In this document: positions 59,677 to 64,000 of the stretch, piece after piece
Numbering within the stretch: position 1 is the stretch's first letter
Layout: every line of letters begins with the position of its first letter
Source of the DNA: Escherichia coli
GTDB taxonomy: Bacteria > Bacillota_I > Bacilli_A > RFN20 > CAG-826
NCBI GenBank assembly: GCA_963630675.1
Contig: CAVGNR010000001.1
Location: 101,807-165,806 of the forward strand
Length of the DNA: 64,000 nt
Reading direction: 5' to 3'
Made by a program: the position numbers and the translations under genes
The notes under the pieces: model-generated
Told to the model about the DNA's origin: nothing
The model's database searches: none
What the model saw: the letters and a program-made list of their open reading frames with translations, nothing else

Positions 59677-60078
59677 TTAAAAGATGTCTTTCGAAGCAAG
59701 CTCTAAGATTTTATCGAAGTCTATAGATAAAAGATGATGAGAAAGTTCATCTTTTTTGATGAAAAAGACTTTACCCTCTGAGGAAGATTCCAAAGTTCCG
59801 TCAAAATCCTTTGAACGAAAAAGAAGGCAAAGATGACGCACACCTTCTTCAATCATGTTCCATTCGTAATAGGTGACAAATTCAAGCGAATGAACGTTAA
59901 GTCCCGTTTCTTCTTTCATCTCACGGATTACGGATTCTTCTACGCTTTCGTTTGCTTCCACATGGCCTCCAGGGAAATTAATCCCAGGCCAGTCTTTTTT
60001 CAAACGGTCAATAACTAAGAAAGAATGGTCTTCCTTATATAACATGCACATATTCGTCAGAATGATTCGATTTGCCAT
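59677..60078 (-). CDS. NUDIX hydrolase
   Basis: 133 aa with the Nudix box GGHVEANESVEESVIREMKEETGL. Confidence 0.85.
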   Translation of the reverse strand: MANRIILTNMCMLYKEDHSFLVIDRLKKDWPGINFPGGHVEANESVEESVIREMKEETGLNVHSLEFVTYYEWNMIEEGVRHLCLLFRSKDFDGTLESSSEGKVFFIKKDELSHHLLSIDFDKILELASKDIF

Positions 60079-60125
60079 GAAATAACTCTAACATAAGCAA
60101 AGGAAAGCAAGTAGACTAAATACAT

Positions 60126-61109
60126 ATGAAAATCCATCTTAACGAAAAAGAAGTCGATACCTATGGTTATTACCTTGAAGGACTTAGCAAAACAATCGAT
60201 GAAGCCGATTATTTTAATGACATCCTTCATTCGGGAGAAAAAGTAAAAGAAAGAAAACGCCCCTATCCGATTAAAGAACTTTCTTACGAAAAATATTCCA
60301 AGAACCCCTACTATCAAATTGTGAGGCCTCACTCTAAAAAGGAGGGAGACGTGTACTTAAATTCCCATTTCTATGAGCCAAATCAAGGCTTTGTTTACGA
60401 TGAGATTTCCTGCGATGAAAAATATTTTGAAGAACGTACGCCTTTCGGCTTTTTTGCTAAAAGATTCCCTTTCCTTGCTTTAGATGAGAATAACACCACA
60501 TGGATGAGCGTGACCCCTCATGAAATCAATACTATGGAAAAACCTATTGCTGAAGCCCATGGTCATGTAATCACCTTAGGATTAGGTTTAGGTTATTACG
60601 CTTTTATGGTTTCTAATAAGGATAATGTCTCTAAAGTAAGCATCGTGGAAATGAATCCGAAAATCATCGATATTTTTAAGAAAGAGATTCTTCCTTTTTT
60701 TCCTCATCCAGAAAAAATTGAAATCATTGAGGGAGATGCTTATTCCTTCTTGGATTCTTCTTTTGAAGGAGATTGCCTTTTCGCGGATTTATGGCACATG
60801 CCAGAAGATGGACTACCTATGTATACGAAAATGCTTCCTTTTGAAAAGAAACATCCCTCCACTCATTTTGCCTATTGGATCGAAAGAAGCATGCTCGCTC
60901 TTATTCGAAGAGCCATCATGATTTTAATCGATGAGGAAATGCTAGAATCCGTGGATGAGAATTATCTACGTGAATCTTCTTTCTCCGATCATTTGATTAA
61001 TCAAATCCATTTTATTTTAAAGGACAAAGAGATTTCTTCTTTAGAAGAGATTAGAGAATTGCTTTCTTATCATTCTTTGAAAGAAATTGCTAAAAAGATT
61101 GTTTTCTAA
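60126..61109 (+). CDS. Class I SAM-dependent methyltransferase / spermidine-synthase-like fold protein
   Basis: 327 aa with VITLGLGLGYY (GxGxG), VSIVEMNP (acidic end of beta-2) and IIEGDAYSFL. Confidence 0.45.
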   Translation: MKIHLNEKEVDTYGYYLEGLSKTIDEADYFNDILHSGEKVKERKRPYPIKELSYEKYSKNPYYQIVRPHSKKEGDVYLNSHFYEPNQGFVYDEISCDEKYFEERTPFGFFAKRFPFLALDENNTTWMSVTPHEINTMEKPIAEAHGHVITLGLGLGYYAFMVSNKDNVSKVSIVEMNPKIIDIFKKEILPFFPHPEKIEIIEGDAYSFLDSSFEGDCLFADLWHMPEDGLPMYTKMLPFEKKHPSTHFAYWIERSMLALIRRAIMILIDEEMLESVDENYLRESSFSDHLINQIHFILKDKEISSLEEIRELLSYHSLKEIAKKIVF

Positions 61110-61125
61110 ACGACTTAACATATAA

Positions 61126-61156
61126 AAAATCTCTCTAGGAGGATAGAGAGATTTTT
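61126..61156. terminator. Bidirectional terminator between convergent genes
   Basis: AAAATCTCTCT (61126-61136) pairs with AGAGAGATTTT (61145-61155). An A-run precedes it and a T-run follows. Confidence 0.7.
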
Positions 61157-61169
61157 GTTGTTGAGGGAA

Positions 61170-61613
61170 TTAGTCTTCTTCTTTGAAGAGTTTCTTTCCA
61201 AAGCAAGCAGCCATAGCGCTTAAGAAGGAAAGGAGATAGAAGACTACGCTGGTGACGCCAAGTGCCCAAGTTGCATTTTCGCTTTCTGGGTAATTGACTG
61301 GGATGAAGAAGATGTCAGCAGCCACTCCTTCTATCGTCCAGGCGATGCCTGCGATAGAAATAGCAACCATAACCGCGATAAGTAAGGCACCAATGCCAGA
61401 GAATTTATGAAGTTTTTCTCCGAATAATGGCATGATGATTCCTACGATAAGGGCAAGGATTGTCAAGGTGATTACTAAGGCGGAAAGTTTGCTTCCTGCT
61501 AAATATCCTGTTGTGCTATTCACCAAGAAGATGATAAAGCCAGGGATGAGAAGAACCGTCGAAGCAAGAAGAAGGTAGCTCCAAATGGTTTGTTTTGCTA
61601 ATAGCTTTTTCAT
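61170..61613 (-). CDS. Hypothetical small membrane protein
   Basis: 147 aa with 4 TM segments, 3 nt downstream of the GH3 gene. Confidence 0.5.
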   Translation of the reverse strand: MKKLLAKQTIWSYLLLASTVLLIPGFIIFLVNSTTGYLAGSKLSALVITLTILALIVGIIMPLFGEKLHKFSGIGALLIAVMVAISIAGIAWTIEGVAADIFFIPVNYPESENATWALGVTSVVFYLLSFLSAMAACFGKKLFKEED

Positions 61614-61616
61614 ATG

Positions 61617-64000
61617 TTATTTATCCTCCTTTTTCTTTTTCAAGGTGGTAAAGAGAGCAAGGCCTCCAAAGACAGCAACGAGTCCAGCAGAGATTCCAAT
61701 CATGCTCTTATACATGATTCTCCAGGAAGTAGTTTGTTGAACAGTTTCAATGGTGACGTCAGTGTTGTTGAGGATATTCGAATGGCAGACACTATAGAGG
61801 ATGTACTTAATGTCTTTCTTTAAGGCTTCGCACATCATTGGGCTTTCGATAATCTTATCTTTATCCCAATATTCGAGTCCTTTTGGTTTGCCAAAACCAC
61901 AGAAAGCGGTTGTGCCATAGAGGATGGATTCTTTTGGAGAAGCTTTGATATTAACGCCTGTAAAATCCGTAACGTTGTAGCCTTTAAAGCCCCATTCATC
62001 ACGTATGATATCTTGCATAACAGCTTTATTGCCACTAGAAGGCAAGGCACCAATACGGTTGTAAGAAGTCATAACGCCAAGAGCACCTTCGGTATAGGTA
62101 TCTTTTTTAGATTCGTCATTCACCCACTTAGATGGCTTTCCTTTGGCGGTGAAGGCTTTGTTCAAATTACGAAGTTCAAGTTCACGAGCAGCTTGTTCGT
62201 TTTGGAAGACGGCAATACCAGAACGGTTGATTTCTTGGTCATTGAAAGCAGCGTGTTTGATATTAACGATACAGCCCATAGATTGAGCACCTTGAACGAT
62301 AGCGGAGCCAATAAATCCGGAAAGGATTGGATCTTCAGAGAGATATTCTCCACCACGTCCGTTATAGCCATGACGTTTTAAGTTCATTGCTGGACCAATT
62401 ATGATTGGTAAGCTCAAGTCAACAGAAGTTTCACCAAGGATAATCGCGCCGTTTTCATAAGCGAGTTCCTTATTCCATGTGTAAGCGATATTGGTTTGAG
62501 CTGGAGTGACACGGGTACCCATATATGCTTTCTTATCATCTGGGCTTCCTTTGACTCTAGCTGCTTCGATATCATCCCAAGCTTGTCCTTGGAATTGTCC
62601 TTTATCGAAATAATTGGTATCCGCTCCACCTGGTCCATCGTCTGCGGCATATTTCTCTAAGCCAACAGAAGGAATGCCTTGGAGGTTATGGAAGGCGTTA
62701 GAAGCGAAATCGAGGAATTCAGCTGGTGTAACTTGGTCAACAAGTTGGTTCCAACGTGGGTCATCCCAATCAGCGTTCTTGAAATCTTTAATGGTTAAGC
62801 CATTATCAACGCCCCATTTATAAGCGGAAGTATCACCTTTTACAAGATCGATCCAATCGCATGTAAGAAGTTTCTTCATTCTTTCGGAAGGTTTTAAGCC
62901 GGTGTAGGTCTTAGGGAAAGTGCCATTCCAATCATTACGAGTTAAATAAGTAACCGTATCTTTTTGGAAAGCGTTCCAATCCATGGCAGAATCGCCTTCG
63001 GAAAGTCTGTTTGTGATGTTGATGCCATTGTCTGCGACAGAGAAGGTCTTATCATCCACTTTGTTAGAATGTCCAGACCAATTCCATTCATAGACTTTAG
63101 AAGCGTTGCCACCAAGTGTTCCGTTTCCTTGCTTAGCGAAAACGTTATTCAAGGCTTCGTGAGCATCTTTACCTAAAGCAAAATAATAGGTTCCATCATC
63201 GGCAATGAAGGTTTTTGCCTTGGTATAGTCATAGGAAGCAATGTTATTTAAGTCGACATGCATGGTGATGGTTTCACTAGCACCAGCTTTGATAACATCG
63301 GTCTTTTCGAAATCGACGAGTTGGATAGCGCTCTTTTCTACTTTGTTGGCAATGTCATACTCGGTATATGGAGTTTGTGCATATAATTCAACAGCGTGTT
63401 TGCCATCCACGTTACCTGTATTTGTAACGGTGACTCTTACTTCCGCGGTACGGTGATCCCCTGAAATGCTTACGGAATCCAACTTTTCTTCGAAATTGGT
63501 GTAGCTTAAGCCATAGCCAAATGGATAAACCACTTCTTGATCGTAGTTCCATTCACCGGCCGTTGTGGCTAATTCGCCATTCCCTGTTGTATAGGTTCCT
63601 GCTTTCGCGGTTTTGGCGCTTGTTTTACCTGCAACAACATCAGCATAACGGGTTTCATAATAACGATATCCGGTATAAATGCCTTCGGCGTTGATTAAAT
63701 AGCTATTGAGGTTGACCCCTGCGGCTTTTGTCTCATCATCCCATGGAGTGTCATCACCAAAGTTTTGAAGAGCTGGGGCGGTTAATCCGTTTGTAACATA
63801 CACTTCGCCTAAACGTCCAGATGGATTGATTTTTCCTTGAAGAACCTGAGCCACACTTCTAAAGCCATAAGCGCCTGGATAGCCAATCCACATTACGGCA
63901 TCAATTTGATCGTCTTCTTCAAGTTCTTTGATTTCCATGACCTGGGTGCTGTTAATAAGGACAACAACTTTGCTGAACTTGGCTTTTGCTTCAGCAATGA
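61617..64000 (-). CDS. Glycoside hydrolase family 3 protein with C-terminal TM anchor (5' end outside window)
   Basis: The reading frame stays open to position 64000 (..IAEAKAKFSKVVVLINSTQVMEIKEL..). It contains a GH3 alpha/beta-sandwich domain and an Fn3-like domain (GLSYTNFE...VTVTNTGNVDGKHAVELY). A GH3 TIM-barrel segment follows (KHAAFNDQE...VMTSYNRIG...DEWGFKGYNVTDF). It ends in a hydrophobic helix plus KKKKEDK. Confidence 0.85.
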   Translation of the reverse strand, partial: IAEAKAKFSKVVVLINSTQVMEIKELEEDDQIDAVMWIGYPGAYGFRSVAQVLQGKINPSGRLGEVYVTNGLTAPALQNFGDDTPWDDETKAAGVNLNSYLINAEGIYTGYRYYETRYADVVAGKTSAKTAKAGTYTTGNGELATTAGEWNYDQEVVYPFGYGLSYTNFEEKLDSVSISGDHRTAEVRVTVTNTGNVDGKHAVELYAQTPYTEYDIANKVEKSAIQLVDFEKTDVIKAGASETITMHVDLNNIASYDYTKAKTFIADDGTYYFALGKDAHEALNNVFAKQGNGTLGGNASKVYEWNWSGHSNKVDDKTFSVADNGINITNRLSEGDSAMDWNAFQKDTVTYLTRNDWNGTFPKTYTGLKPSERMKKLLTCDWIDLVKGDTSAYKWGVDNGLTIKDFKNADWDDPRWNQLVDQVTPAEFLDFASNAFHNLQGIPSVGLEKYAADDGPGGADTNYFDKGQFQGQAWDDIEAARVKGSPDDKKAYMGTRVTPAQTNIAYTWNKELAYENGAIILGETSVDLSLPIIIGPAMNLKRHGYNGRGGEYLSEDPILSGFIGSAIVQGAQSMGCIVNIKHAAFNDQEINRSGIAVFQNEQAARELELRNLNKAFTAKGKPSKWVNDESKKDTYTEGALGVMTSYNRIGALPSSGNKAVMQDIIRDEWGFKGYNVTDFTGVNIKASPKESILYGTTAFCGFGKPKGLEYWDKDKIIESPMMCEALKKDIKYILYSVCHSNILNNTDVTIETVQQTTSWRIMYKSMIGISAGLVAVFGGLALFTTLKKKKEDK

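Overview
Gene-dense 64-kb chromosomal segment from a low-GC Bacillota or Mollicutes-like bacterium. It uses the standard genetic code: TGA acts as a stop, for example at the end of glpK. Most of the window is core housekeeping in long, tightly packed minus-strand operons. These are: coaX, ECF S-component, pepV, trmB, ytpR-like, pncB; glgC, glgD, glgA, leuS; gmk, priA, DUF1904-like, degenerate rsmB-like, rlmN, PP2C phosphatase, Ser/Thr kinase, rpe; a complete F1Fo ATP synthase operon (atpIBEFHAGDC) with an ATP-grasp gene appended; glpK plus two unknown genes; and a heterodimeric ABC exporter operon headed by a zinc-ribbon/helical-repeat protein and ending in an orphan vsr. Plus-strand genes include rpmB, rqcH-like, a TGS/uridine-kinase fusion, CPBP protease, TraX, trxA, tRNA-Asp, tRNA-Gly, a CaCA antiporter, an MFS transporter, rdgB and an acyl-CoA ligase. 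A partial LacI regulator and a partial GH3 glycosidase sit at the two window edges. The only clearly accessory stretch is about 2.1 kb just downstream of the tRNA pair (about 43.55-45.70 kb). It holds a 12-bp tandem repeat, a GC-rich noncoding block, an intact PBECR4-like nuclease gene, and frameshifted remnants of a polyvalent-protein-type gene. The nuclease gene sits behind a strong promoter and a terminator-capped leader, with no Shine-Dalgarno sequence and no protein partner. This is my best candidate for something new, but the evidence is architectural only. I saw no CRISPR array, rRNA, intact transposase or integrase. All family assignments come from motif recognition by eye; no database searches were run.
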